Shown here: piece after piece, positions 25,842 to 40,800 of the stretch
Position numbering within the stretch: position 1 is the stretch's first letter
Layout: every line of letters begins with the position of its first letter
DNA from: Bugula neritina
Lineage: Eukaryota; Animalia; Bryozoa
Reading direction: 5' to 3'
NCBI GenBank assembly: GCA_964035545.1
Contig: OZ037766.1
Location: 12,390,722 to 12,454,721 of the forward strand
DNA length: 64,000 nucleotides
The notes under the pieces: generated by a model
What the model was told of the DNA's origin: nothing
The model's input: the letters and a program-made list of their open reading frames with translations, nothing else
The model's database searches: none
Position numbers and translations under genes: made by a program

Positions 25842-28800
25842 TTAATCACGGGGCAACAATTCTTTATATAATAAGCCATCTCCTTTCTTTTCATCTAGCC
25901 ATTGTTCGCAGGGAAAGGTGTACTTTTTGTTGGTAGATAAATTAGTTATCTCAATCCTTTCCAGATACCAGCCCGGCCTCCAACCAGCATTGTCATGCTC
26001 TATCTTACACTTGGTCAGCTCACCTTTATAAATATATACCAAGCATTATAACACAGCCAAACTTTAGATGATAAACATCAACTTTATAACCAACCAATTG
26101 AAGCAATTTTAATATTTAATTCACATGCATTGAAATATGTAGGTAGATACAGTATTATCGACTACTTCATACTATTAAAAAAAATTCAGATATTGTGTTC
26201 AACTAATATATAGCTTTAAAGCATATAAAAACTTAATTTACTTTTAGTGATGAACTTGAGCTGTTTAAGCTTATACAGTTACCTAAATCAAGAGCTTCAA
26301 ATTCAAACTTGTCAGTCTGCTTTCTCTCAAACAAGTCTCGGAACTTCTGCTTGAGTTCTCGTTTGCCAGAATCTCCAGCTGTGCCATAAAGTGTGATAAA
26401 CACATTGGCATTGGTTCCAGCACCATTTACATCTCCAGTAATAACTATAATCTCGTACTTGACAGGGGCTAAACCTGGTAAAAGAGACACACTTTCAAGT
26501 TATCTCTATATTATTAAGAAAAAATAACTCTACAATGTAGCATCTTGCACTAACTAACAGCAATTCTCCAAGTCTTTGAATAGTGGTGGTAACTAACAAC
26601 AAATGAGTGACATCAAGCAAAATGTAACTTTTACATGATAATTCAATTAGATATGCACAAAGACATCTTCACGTTTATTTGAGAATATATAAGATTAAAT
26701 ATGACTCACTCCTCTGAGTAACTATTTTACTCTCTTCTGTCTTGTCTTGATCACATCTCAGGAGTACAGCTTCTGAGTCATCATAGTCATACTCTGACAC
26801 TTTAATCCATTTCTTACAAGGGAACACATATTTGCAGCCTCCACCACTTTCGCTCACCACTACCTCATAGCAATGCCATTTTGCCTTGCCTCCTTCTCTC
26901 CCTCCTACAAGTATCACACCAATAGCAGTTAGCCTAATGACAATCTTATGAGTTAGTTAAATTAATCGCTAAAATATGCTGCAAATCAAACTTAAATCAT
27001 AGTGAAAATATAAAAAACCTAAAATTATTGCTATTTGGTTATAAAATAAGTGATAATGAATACATAAAAAACACCTGTGACCGAGTTTAAAAGTTCGAAT
27101 TGTAACAGACGCAGGCTCAAGTACCTAAAGGTTTGTCTTCTCTTTGAGTAGCTCCGAGTGTGACTCCTTTTAATTTTCCTAAATACTTTCCCTCCATCAT
27201 AAAAGAGTCTCGGTTTCCTTTTCTAAAGACTTTATGTACAGGACTGTTCTTCATAAGAAACTCCCGTGACTTCTTCTTGTCTCCTTCCAACCTTACCCAA
27301 GCATTGTGCATCATCCCACCATCTTGTTTGTCCGAGGTGGCAATTGTTATCTCATATGCTAAATACGCACAAAAGTACATACGAGATATAACTAAAGACT
27401 CTGTTGAAACATTCTTATTCCACCAAGCTTCTTTGTAAATTGTAAAATACCCTGATTTCAAAGCAAACTTACGAAACTGAAGGGCCAATTTAAAAACAGA
27501 TTTTAAAATAAGCAAAATTTAATTCCTGTATTCATCTGAAATATTTAGCCATTTTATGTAAATTATTTTAAGTTTTCAACACAGACGACAAAAAATGTGC
27601 TAAACCTTTTTAAACAGCTATTTAACAAAAATGGTCTCAATAATTTTGATGTAAATAATTCACCTTATAAACCAATAATGACATTCAAAGCTTTTTGCAC
27701 AAAATTAAAAATCAGAAACATACGTCACAGCAAGTCAGTTTTAGAAAAAAGAGATTTAATGTAAAATATGTTTTTTGAAAACAAAATGAAGGTGAAGTAG
27801 TGTTACTGACTCATTTTATCTCCTTTTTTGAGTGATTTAGGAGCCCCGGAGCAAGTCAATTCTCTAACTATTTGCTTGTCATCATCGGATTTGCTGAGCC
27901 AACGATTACAGGGGAACATGTAAGTGTTCTTCTTGTTCACATCTAGTACACTAATCCAGCCACAGTGCCAGGCTGCACCAAACCCTTCAATACGCAACAA
28001 AACTTTGTTTAAATAAAGCAGTACATTAGATAAATACTGATTAGCAATACAAATCAGTGTCTGTATATACTGCATATTAATGTGCAGTACATTACTGTGT
28101 AGTATGTTACGGTGTATAGTGTTACTGTGTAATGTGCGTTACTGGCATTGATAAAAAATATTATGAGCAACATGAAAAACTTGTAGCATAAAATAAACTT
28201 TTCAAAATTTTAGGATGCAATAATAATAAACCTACATTATGCTTCAGTGTGGGCTGTTATGTGCCAAAACCATGTAATTGGTGCAACTATCTTTTATTAA
28301 ACATATTACTATAATAAAACACTTTCATGGTTCACATTCTAGAACACAGGCTATGGTATATTTGCAAAGTAAGTGGCAGACCTTTGTTATCATGCCATAC
28401 TCTGCACTTTGTGAGTTCCCCGAGAGACAGCACATCTTGTACAGTGAAGACGTCTTCTTGTTTTGCCTCAAAGGCTGACGAGTTTGTCTCGCTGTCTTTC
28501 AGGTGAAGAGCACCGGAATCTCCATTCTCTCCAAACAAACACACATAAACATTGGCATCTGTACCAGCTCCTTTCTCTTCACTGGTCTTTACAGTTACTT
28601 TGTAAGTGGTATCTGGAAAAAATATCACAATTTAGTAGAAAAAAGAATCAAAATGGCCACAAAAGGACTTGAAGCTGTAGTCACCTCCTCTTGGCAATAA
28701 TCTGTTAATTAATTGATAAATACTCTTGATAACTGAGCAGTGACACTCTTTACTGCGATGACAGAATAATTATTTTTGCGTTGAAAAATCATAGTATTTA

Positions 28801-31800
28801 CTGTTTAATAAATCTCTACTTCTTAAATAATCATCAATTTCATTAGTGCAATACATTTTGAAATACACCAGCATTATAACTGGCTGACATCTATGAGCTT
28901 TTGAATATAATAAAATATTTAGCTAAACTCTAAAACAGATTTGTGTTAAAAAACTATCCACTACTGCTAGTTTAGCTCAGAACATACTTTTAATAGCAAC
29001 TTTGCCACGTATTGAGGCTGCAATATCTTTGCTTAGTTTGCCATCTCCCATAGTCTTACTGAGCCAGCAGTTGCAGTTGAATGTGTACAGGTCTCCTGTG
29101 GACATGTTTCTCAGCTCCACCTAAGTTAAATAAATATTAGCAGCTGTTACTGTTAGCTCTATGATTATAATATATCATCAGTTCTGAGAAAACCGCCAGC
29201 TCACACCTTCTACACATTTCACATGCTCCATAGAAAAATCAAAATTGACTGTGTAAATGAAAAGAGATCAAGCTGAATAAGATTTTGTAAATTTTGATCA
29301 AAAATTCAACTAAAAATAGCAACACATGTCTACCACAAAGTGCAGATGAAATAATTATGGTTGGCTGACTAATAAGTGATACCAAATATGTTTGCACATC
29401 TAAATAGATATGATTTCCTAATTTTTAAAAATATAGCATATTGTCCGTGAAAAAATGATCTAAATTTTTTATTGATAACGCCTAAAGCATAGAGATTTAT
29501 CAGCAATCTACTTAAACTAATAATTGAATAGAAATTGTGAAACACTTTACCTTTTCCACAAACCAATCAGCTCTGCTAGATTTACCATCATGTTCAATTC
29601 TAATCTTCTTCAGAGGTGCAATGTCATCTAGTTCCATTTTTATCAAATCAGCTCTGCCTCGCTCAAACCTCTCCCCCTTTTTATCCACCACTTGTTCAGT
29701 GCTGGCACCACCATCACCAAACACTGTCATTTTAATATTTGCATCCGTACCAGCTTTGTTCACATCTCCAGTATAAAATGTCACCTCATACGGTATCACT
29801 AAAAACATTATTTTTGTAAGCACAAAAAAATGAAGTTCTATTTTTGTGATCTACAGTTGTAAAAATTTTGTGCATCTTTTCCCAACAGCTTAAAGTAGAG
29901 AATCTAAACACATCTCGCAACAAAATTAAATTAAAGTTTCAATAACTCATAAATAGCTGTTATTCTGTTGTTGAACACAAGTACAATGTTATAAAAATTG
30001 ATTTAGATAGCATATAATGTAAAATTGAATTAGATAATAAAATTGTACGTAAAACTTACATGGCTTGTATGCAGTGATGGAACTTTGGCCATCACTAACG
30101 TGAAGGATTCGACTAGTTTTACCATCGGATTTGTCCCTAGCTAGCCATTGCTTACAGGAAAAGAGATAGTGTTTGCCTTTGGTCGGCATGTCGAGGTTGA
30201 TCTCTTTGACAAACCAGCCACTACCTGGCGCCGTACCATCATGGCCAATCTATAAAAAAGATCAAATTTCATAAAAACAGGCAGCACTATTTTTTTAAAT
30301 TCTTAAAACAACAAATATGAGAAGAAATGTCAATTTATTTAGTGATAGAGCATAGAAAAATTAATAAAAATATATTTAAATCTAGAATAGTATCAAAAAC
30401 AATGTTTTAAAAAACAAAAAACGCAAATACCTCTAACTGTTTGACGTCACCAACATCAATAGCTTCTAAAGAAAAGGTCTCCACAGATCTTGGCTCAAAC
30501 TTAGTTTTACCAACAAGATCTAAATAGAGTTTGTCTGTAACCTTTTTCTTAGAACCATAAATTTTAACCCATGCATATGATTCTGTTCCATTATCATCTC
30601 CATCTCCTGTTTTTATTTTCACTGTATATGAAATGGCTGCAACAAGAAACGAGATGTAGTCAATCGATACATACCACTAATCTAGACGAAAAAATCACAA
30701 GTAACTTTTGCAAGGCTTGGCATAAAACGTGTGAGAGCAAATCTTTATGTTCTACAGTTAATATGAGATAGATAGAATAAAGTTGAGCACTTTGTAGCAA
30801 ATCAATGCGATATGGCATCTAAGAGTAACGATGGGTATAATAATGATATTATTAGTGCATTGTACAACTAGATGTGTGCAAATGATAAGATTATGTTAAA
30901 ATCTCAAGCCAAGACATGTTAGTAACATTTAAGAATCATTTTTGAAAGCCTATTTTACTTGTTAGTTATGCGTATTTTTCCCTACAAACCCTTTGTCAGC
31001 TAACTACAGTACTAATAAAACCGTTATATTTTGCATACTAACTTGGCCCTTCTGTCATAGAACCCTCTAGAATCATGGACTGTCTTTTAGTCAGTTTCAA
31101 ACCAGCTGCTAAAGAGTCTTTCCCCATCGAGTCTAGGCTATTGGTTGATCCACCAAACCTTGTAGAGAAGGACTTGAGTGTTCCAGCACTAGACATATCG
31201 CCATCATAACCCTGAAATATAAACTTTTAACTTATATTTTCCTTGATCTTTCACACTCTTATTATATAATTGGAAATTTCTTTTAGATCTCATTTTATCA
31301 GACTTGAAGTTAACCGAGGCAATGTAAAAATATCATGTTGAACAAAATGCAATAAAAAAATATTTTTATCTCAAGATTAAAATAACATTTACACAAATCC
31401 GCAGCAGACAACTCTGCATATTTAATATTTGGTCACACTAGAGTCAGTCTGAAGTGCTCAAACCAGGAACCAGATCAGGTCATAGAGCAAAGCAAAGTAT
31501 TTGATGGCTTCAATTATAGTACTAAACTATAGAGTTAGCACTGGCATGTAATTTAAAGCTACACTAAAGTCTGAAGAAAATATTTAACTTTTATGCAGCA
31601 GTCTCAATACTTACTCTGACATAAAGTGACCGCTCAATTTTTCCATCATCTTTGTTTTTAGCCAGCCAGCGCTCACAGTAGAACACATATGTCTCCTTGT
31701 CCACCTGATCTACAACCTCTACTTTGTCCAGAAACCACGATGGGTTGATAAAGGAGTTGTCGTGTCGTATTTTGCATTTGAAGATTTTACCCAAGTCAAC

Positions 31801-34800
31801 AATCTCCATTTGAAAGACATCGCACTGCAAGTCAAAGTTGGCGAAATATTAGTTTGAGTTTTACATTAAAAAGTTTAGAAGGTCTAAAGATGACCAGTAT
31901 TTGCATCACTAGAAATGAACATGTAAATGTAACTGAATGTCTTTACAGGTATCACGAATGACCAATACATTATTTACATGCTTGACTAACGAAAACTTAT
32001 TTTTTCAGACACATAACTCAATGTGCTTTGTATTGATAGAAAAACGAATACAAACGACACATACGTGGGCTCTTTCAAATTTGTCTGTGTACGTGTCACT
32101 CTTGTGCAGCTTTCTCTCTCCAGAGTCTCCCTTGTCACCAAACAGTGTCATAAAGACATTGGCATCAGTTCCAGCTCCCGACACATCTCCAGTATACACG
32201 TTTACCATGTATTTCTTGGCTAACAACAAAATAGCAACTGTATTTTATAGAATTTCTAGGCACCTACTCAGGTTATACAAAGCTAGCTTTATTATAGTAT
32301 TACAAAATTGTATTGTTTTAAATATGTCACAATATAAAACCAATTCTCATTACTTGAAACATTTGAATACTAGTATCGACTGAAAGATCACTTACAAACT
32401 AATTGTTCTTTCATCTTCTTTTCCTTCTTTTTAATTTGGCCATCTTTGCCCATAGTCTCTTCTACCACTTTCTGAGCTACGAGCTCCCGTTCAAGAGCCC
32501 CATCCTCTTCGTCTCTCGCTAGCCAGCGATCGCAAGGGAATGAGTATGATATAGAGCCCTAGAAATATACCGGAATTTCTTGATTTTCAACCAGAGAACT
32601 TAATCGACAAGAAAACTAAAAAACATAAACAACCTGTTCTTCCCCTTGAACTCAGTGTCAGTCATTGCCAGTGTTTTGCATAGGTGATAATTGCAAGTAA
32701 TGTATTGGTTAAATTATATTATTATTACTTATTTATTCATTTAAGTGTCCTAAAAGCTCTACAAATATTGATCAATTTATTTATATTTTAATTCGCAGAC
32801 AACCTTTATAATACAATTTCTCACTTGAAAGATGTTTTATTGGTTAATGCAGCTGCTGCCTATGTAGCTGGGCTGTAGAGCAAGGTTTGACATTATTGAG
32901 CACATTAATTTTATTTTAACATTTGTTAAAATAACATATTGAATTGTTTTAATAAAAAGGACCAACATTTAGTTACTTCAATTAGATATTTTTGAAGAAA
33001 CTTGATTATTGTGAGTCATGTTTTTTGCAGCAATTTTATGTGTTTTTTCAAATAAAAAGATGATTTCTAACAATTTAAAAAACCATCTCTTAAAAGTTAA
33101 AGGTGTATTACTGATGATATTGACCTTTCCACTGTCATGAAGTTTCCTTATTGTCACGCTTGCCAAATGCCAACCATCTCCAAAGCCACTTCCGTCGTGG
33201 CCAATTCTAATTTTCTCAATTGTGTCCCCGACATCTTCCAACTCAACAATGAAAGTATCTAAAATTACACTTGAATGATCATCACAATACTAATTCATTA
33301 TTCCACATGCACACCTAAACAGCTGGAACTCTTACTCTACCTGTGTTTCCTTTGTTGAAATGTTTTTTTCTTTCTGATTTACTGGCACACAAGAACTTCT
33401 TCTCTGTGCAGACCTCTTTACCATAGAGTTGTATATATACATCAGCATTAGTATCGGCACCAGACCTGTTGGATGTGGACACTTTAACCTGTGTTACAAA
33501 CAAGAATGAGTGATTATAGAACGGCATTATCGGAATTTCAGATAAACTTATTGGCATGTAAGACAAAATGTCTGCAGGAGAAAATATCTCTTACAGAAAA
33601 ATGTTGGAATTTCAATATTGTACAAACAGCTATTCAGTAGCTTTTTATTTACTTCTTTCACTAAGTGATAAAAACATTTCAAAATATGACATGATGAGAC
33701 TTGAAAGCTGATTAAACTACAAATAGCCAGACTTGGGCAGTACATACTTCATATCTGATACAAGGATTGTATTCTACAGTGTCCAGGTCTTCAGGGTACA
33801 GCTCTCTTTCTAAAGCACCGTCGTCCTTGTTCTTAGCCAACCAGCGTTTACATGGAAATGACCATTTCTTTCCTAGAGAAGGGCAATCAACTTCTACTCG
33901 GTCTAAGAACCAAGCACTTCCTATTCCAGCATTGTCGTGACCAATCCTAAATACCACAATGCAGCGTTATAACAATTATAACTACATGGCAAATTGTTAC
34001 TATATTAACATAAGTAATAGCCTAACCAGTTGAAATGTATCATTTTCAGCATTGCCTAGACTAAATGTGTTAGAAATAAAAATAAAAATAAAATAAAAGT
34101 TGACATAACAATAAAACTGACAATTTATAACCCTAGAAATACAAGTTAACAAAACACAGCAACAATTAGGCCTATTAATTTGAGAAGTGAAAAAATAAAA
34201 TTCGTGTGATAAATCACAATAATTAATAATTATTGAATTTTCATTTATTGTTCATAACTTCATCCTCTTGGAAAACCTCAATAATATGAGTAATTTTGTC
34301 ACTAAAACTATTTGAGTGACGAAAACAATCATAGATGAAAGTTTATTTAGCAATTTTGCAAATAACACGAAGCTCTATTATTATTACTTGTAAACTAAGA
34401 TTATAGCTACTCCTGCAGAATAACATTTTTTTATAATCAGAGTCCCTGCAAAAACCTAAGGGCTATCAAAGTCTGTGATTCTAGGCAATAATGACAACAT
34501 GGATTAAACATTAGGCCTTCACTTTGTTTTGACTGAATGCCCTTTCTAACATCACTAAATTACTCAAAACACCTTCTAAGCCGGTGTCTCTATCCATTGA
34601 ACTATGGTGGTTAAATAACAGCAATGTAACATTTACCTCAGTTTCTTTAAATCTCCTACTTCAGCTGTTTCAACCACAAACTCATCGGTTTGCCCATTCT
34701 CAAACTTGTCTCTCTTATTGTCTACTGTAGCTTTTAGTGGTATTTTACCTAAAAAACGTTGAACATATTAGTATAAACAACATCTGTTTTAATAGTAAGT

Positions 34801-37800
34801 CAATCACACTCTAACTAGTACAAGTTTGATACATTATATTGTACGACATATCTGTGCCTAACTTTATAAACTTATATCATTTGTTGAATAAAATATCTTG
34901 CAATATTTACAGAGCAAATTGTATAAAGAAAAATTACTTCATAGTTAGTAGACAGCCAGAGTAGAGGACCACAATAATAAATGCATGCAATTGACTCCAT
35001 AACAGGGGAGGCACAGGTCTACCTGCTTCATTATGTTAGTATTGAGGGATGAGATGGTTAGAACAGGCAGTTGGTACTTACTATCTACACACAATACAGG
35101 ATCTGCATGCCAGGATTCCAAATATAAAAGTGTTTTTATAGACTAAACGTATACATGTAGATTTCAGTAAGTAATAAGCTGGAGATGCTTGTGGCCAGGA
35201 TAAAATTTAATCACAAAAGTTTTAGAATTTTTTCCAAAATTTATACTGTATATATATATATATATATATATGGTTTTTTACTCGCCTAATTTTCAAGAAA
35301 TTTGCTGTATTATAGAGAGTTTGCCAGCAACAAAAAGGGCATACTTGTAAAGTTTCTGTATCACGTGAAAAACTCAAAACAAATAAAAAAGAGTACCAAA
35401 TAACATAGAAATAGAGTTTGATAAAAGCTTTGGAGTACAGCAGGTGGTGTATGAATGTATCATGCAGTGTTACTGTACCTCCTTTAGTGTCCTGGAATTT
35501 CCACCAGGCTACACCTGCTCGCACAACTAAATAACTTGATTTATATTCGACAACCAATCATAACTAGGCATACATTTACAAATTTTTTTACAGATTTAAT
35601 ACCAGAATTCAAGTGCGTTACCAAAAATGTTTTAAGTAATCTCTACAGTATATGATATACGTGAACTTTAACTAATAATTGGCAAAAATATTTTTATAGT
35701 TTATATATCTTACTTTAGAAAACTTATATGATACAATAATTACAAAACTTGAATTATTTGTTATTATAACTCGTATTAGTATTACTCATTAGAATACAAC
35801 TGAGAACTGTAGTAGTACAGCATGCATGCACTGTCAGTTAGTCCTATGGTAAGTAATGGAGACTATAATCCTGTTATTGTTTCTAATCGATAAATTCAGT
35901 TTATTCCACATCAGTTGTACTGTTTCAAATTGCTTCACAGGTAAAATAATAACGCCAAATGTGTCAGCCTTCACAGTTTCAACCAACAAACAAACTTAAA
36001 GTAAGTAACTTTCACATCATAACGAATGATAATATTTTGAATTGCAATAAATATTTATGTTGTGCTAGTTTTAGCATACGCACAATATGGCATACAGAAA
36101 ACTTTTGAATTTTTTTACAGCAATTCATTTGTTTGTTCTATTGTAGAAAATTGTCTGAAACAGCAAAACTTTGCACTATTAGTTATTATCCACAGTGACT
36201 GATCTATACACTACATCTTAGTTTAAATTATAATGTTAATTTTACTTCACAAGTTTGATTCTTAAATTTTGAAAACTACAGTTTATTCATTGCCAAAACT
36301 TTGAAACATCAAATTAAATATGCATGTCAAGGAAGATGATTAGAAAGTTGCCTGGTTCTACCTATATGTCAGTAAGTATACACAAATAGTATTAACTTGA
36401 TACACGCAAATATGCGACATTATTAATTTACAAAAGTTAAAAGATTATTTTAATAACAAAGATAAATTTGCTAGAAACTGGTTATAAATTACGCATACAA
36501 GTAATCCAAGAAATAATTTTAAAAGCTATATAGTTAACGCATCTGACATCGGCAAGTAAATTCTGTAACACTGCACTTTGTAATAACAGATGGTGATGCT
36601 CTACCACACATTGAATGAAATTCAAATATCTTGCAAAAAGGGTTTAATGGATTGATTTAGGCGATTGATTCAAAATTATTTTAACTGTTCATAATTTGAA
36701 TTATTTTTTTATTATAATTACATTTTGCTTAGAGATATGAATTGATGAAAAAATGTTAGCTTGTAGGCAGAGTGAGTTGACCTTAGTTTTTCCTAACGTT
36801 AATTAAATTATCATATGGCAGGAAACAAATGAGCAGGTATGTTTTGCACAAAATTTCGTACGTGTGAAATGTGAATTCCCTCTCTGCGGCGAAACCCTTA
36901 AAAATAGGCAATGACTTCACATTTTTAAGCATATTATACCTAATAAATTGTACATGTTTGCAACCTTAAATACTGTTCTACACATATCACTAAAATCTAC
37001 GAAACATCACTATAACAGCTACTGACAGAAATTTCTGAACAGTTTGATAATTCATTTCAACTTGCAAAAAGATTTTAGTGGGCTGATTCAGAAAAACTTA
37101 TATATAATTTTTTTTAATTGAAAATGTACATCCTCTAGTTATATATCTATCTAATAAAGAGAAAATTAATGTTTACATGCTATAATTATCACATAATTTA
37201 TTTTGGGATAGTTTTGAAAACATGCAACTTAATTTAATGTCCTCTATTAGGCTGTAACTGTATAAATTGTATATTTATGATCATACCACTTTTAAATACT
37301 AGATAATTTAGGTTATCAAATAAAGTATTGATTACACCTATGAAAGAATGATAAGACATGTACCTGTATCATCTTTCTCTCCAAACAGAGTGAGGTAGAC
37401 ATTAGCATCAGTTCCTGAACCAGACACGTTTCCAGTCATAACATACACATGGTACGTCTCCAGTGCAGCTGTAAGTAATTTCCAACAAGATGTACAACGT
37501 GACTTTACCAACAAAATTTTATTACTTACTATTTGTATATATTGATTAACATAACTTATTAATAAATTAGCCATAGTCATCACAGTAGGTGAGTAACAAA
37601 GTTATATAGCACCGAAAAGTCATTTGAACGATTTTTAAAAATTTAAATTAAATTCAACAGTTGCACAATAAAAATTGTCAAAGTATTCACCATGACTTTT
37701 CACATAAAAATATAACTCAATAGATTACCAATTGATAACAGAGGGGCAATTTGCTTAAATTATTTATATTATAATATTATAATGCTGACCTTTAGTTTCT

Positions 37801-40800
37801 AAGGCTACCTCATCTCTGATAGCCTTAATTCCTTTGCCACTCAACTTAGCTTTAAGGCTGGGGTCCACAGGAACAAGTGTTCTCATTATTTGTCTATCAT
37901 CTTCATCTGTAGCCAGCCACCGTTGACACGGGAAGAAGTATGACTTCTTTGCCAATGTGTCCTCAATCTGTAGAAAATCAGATTAATTTGAATTTGATAA
38001 ATTTTATTGTGAGAAACATTGAACACAAGATTCAAAGGGTCAAAGATACAATCATTATAAAAATTTAATATGTGCAGTAAATTTATTACAAAATCTGGCG
38101 AGATTGCTATCAGAATTAAGAATAACACAATACAGTATTTGTAGGTACAATTTCCTGACCTCAACATAGTCTAGGAACCATGCTCCTCCACCTCCTTTGT
38201 TATCGTGCCATATTTTCAACTTTTTCAATGCACCCAGGTCGACAGCATGAACTTTGAATGTATCAACCTAAAACCATAACATGAAATATTTGACAGCAGC
38301 ATGTAAAACATAATTTGTATTTTTAGATCTCTAGCTAAAAACTCCCAACAGAAAAATATTTTCTCATTTGACCAACGCATTCAATTAAATTCTAGTAAAT
38401 TAATGATAAACGCCAGAAATTATATAAACCAATGTTTACTTCAATTCACCCTTTGCTAATATAGCCATACCATATCATTGATGAGAAATACCAAATCGAC
38501 ATACCTTGTTTTGCTCAAACTTGTTCATGTTGTCAGAATCTTGGAGATGTCTCTCCCCGGTATCCCCTTTCTCTCCAGTCAATGTGATGTACACATTAGC
38601 ATCAGTTCCAGCACCGAATACATCACCTGTCTTTACTTTCACAATGTACTCATTTTCTACAAGTAATTTCAGTTATACTGAAAAAATCTTTACATAGCTC
38701 ATATAATGGTAGAGCACATACTATATCAGATATCATAGTTGATACAGTGTGTAGATTACGCTAATAGTTACAATCCAAATTAAACTGTAAAGTTAAAAAA
38801 ATAAACTTCAATTTGGTTAACAAATAAGTAAAGTAACTTTTAACCTTCAACCTTACCTTCAAGTCCACCATCTAACGGCTTCCCACTTTCATCTGTTGCA
38901 ATTAGCTCTCTTACTATCTTCCCATCATCTTCACTTCTGGCCAACCACTTTTTACAGATAAACCAATAATCTTCTGTAGACATTTCTGGAGTTGTCTCCT
39001 CGGATGATTCATCAGATATGAACATGTCTTCTTCGTACCGGCTAGACTTGCGTGTGGCAGCATTTTCATATTTTCGTAAAAGTGATTTCTTACGATCTTT
39101 GCCTGCTTTTCCTTTTTCTAAAGATTCCATACTGCCTTGCCTGCTCAGCTTAGCGCTAGATCCTGCACAATAAACCACAACATTTTTTATTTTAACACAG
39201 GTTGGGCAAAAAGTAAAGTTTATGAAAATAAATGCTGCAAAAAAATAAGCTCTTGAAGAAATAAATCCCATAAAATTAATGTGGCTAAAAGTTGCTGAGC
39301 ATTTTCTGTCTGTTTGTATAAACTTTGATGCAAAGTAAAATAGCTGAAAGTACACTGATTCTTACTAACTACACTATTTTCTTAACACAGGGCTGTCCAA
39401 CAGGCGGCCCCAGGGCTGGATGTGGCCCCCCCCAGCTTACATTTTTGTGGCCCTCAAAGGCATAACGCATAAAATTATTGTTCATACCTTACATGGATTA
39501 AAGTGAAAAAAACCTTTTTAAATGTCCCATTTATACACATATTACAAAACATACAGCCTGGACTTTATTGTGCAATGATTCATAAGAATTTGGAATAACG
39601 TATTTGAAAATTACTGATGCTGTGGCCCCCCCCCAGCTTAAGCTAAAGTTCACAATGTGGTCTTTGCCATGAAATATTCCCTTTCAGTAGCCCTCACTCT
39701 GAAAAGGTTGGACACCCCTGTCTTAACACATTGCCAACCGGTTGATAAAGTAAAGCAATATTGTTCTATCAAACAGAAGTTTACCTATTAATATATATTT
39801 TTATTCTCCACATGAATACATGGTGTTAATGATAAATGCAGGCACTAACACATCGTACACCCTCACCTTTTCTTTGAAGAGGCTTTTTGCCTTTAACTGG
39901 TTTACTACTTCTGAATGACCCTGACCTAGATCTGGATCTGTCAGTCATAATCTCGTCTTCACTATCAAAATCAGAGAGTCTTCTCGAGTCAGAGTCATCA
40001 GAAAACCTGTACAGATATGTATGTAGTTACAGATATGTATGTTGTTACAGATATGTATGTAGTTACAGAGAAGAAGTGATGGACAATTATTAACTTATTT
40101 CATCAAATAAGATAGGTTGAGTAAAATCAGATCAAAAACATTTTGTTGACAAATGTACAAAAACTCAGATTACGCCAAAAAATTGAAGTAGCCATTTTGT
40201 GACTGCAATCTCAAAACATTGGTATGAAATAGAAAATGCAAATTGTCTAAGATTTCGTAGAAAAGAGAAACACAAATAAAATTTCTCAGAAATTTGTGCA
40301 TTACTATACTCTACATATGATGAGGAACAATTGTCCTCATGCAATTGTAGTGAAGAAACAGACACATTAAATGGTTCACTTACTGGTCACTGTAGGCTCC
40401 CTTAATAGATGAGCCCTTCTTTTTCCTTCCTCGAGAATATCTGTCTGGTTCTGGAGACTTGGATTTTGCTCTTTTCTTTGTCACTCGTCTTTTGGATTTT
40501 TTGGTTGGATGCCGCTGAATCAAGATCTTGTCCAGATGCCAGCCCGAAAAGGTGCCTTTACCATCATGGCCGACTCTGATTTTTTGTAGAGGCCCAATAT
40601 CCTTAGCTTCAATCTGAAACAGATGTCGCATTCTGTGTGTGAACTTTGCTATTTTTAAGATATCATGTTTAACTTATCAACCTCAACTCACTTTAAAAGT
40701 AGAGTCAACAATGTTGAACGGTAAAGAAAGTCTTGTCAAGATAAAGACTATTACTTGTAAAATGGCACAGAACATGTCTGCCATAACTAATATATCACAA

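Noticed and set aside
34749-37363. Nested gene in the 2.6-kb largest LOXHD1 intron (ORF 35222-35557)
   Set aside because: The ORF runs through a (TA)n repeat and has no recognisable domain; probably old repeat debris with no termini I could define.
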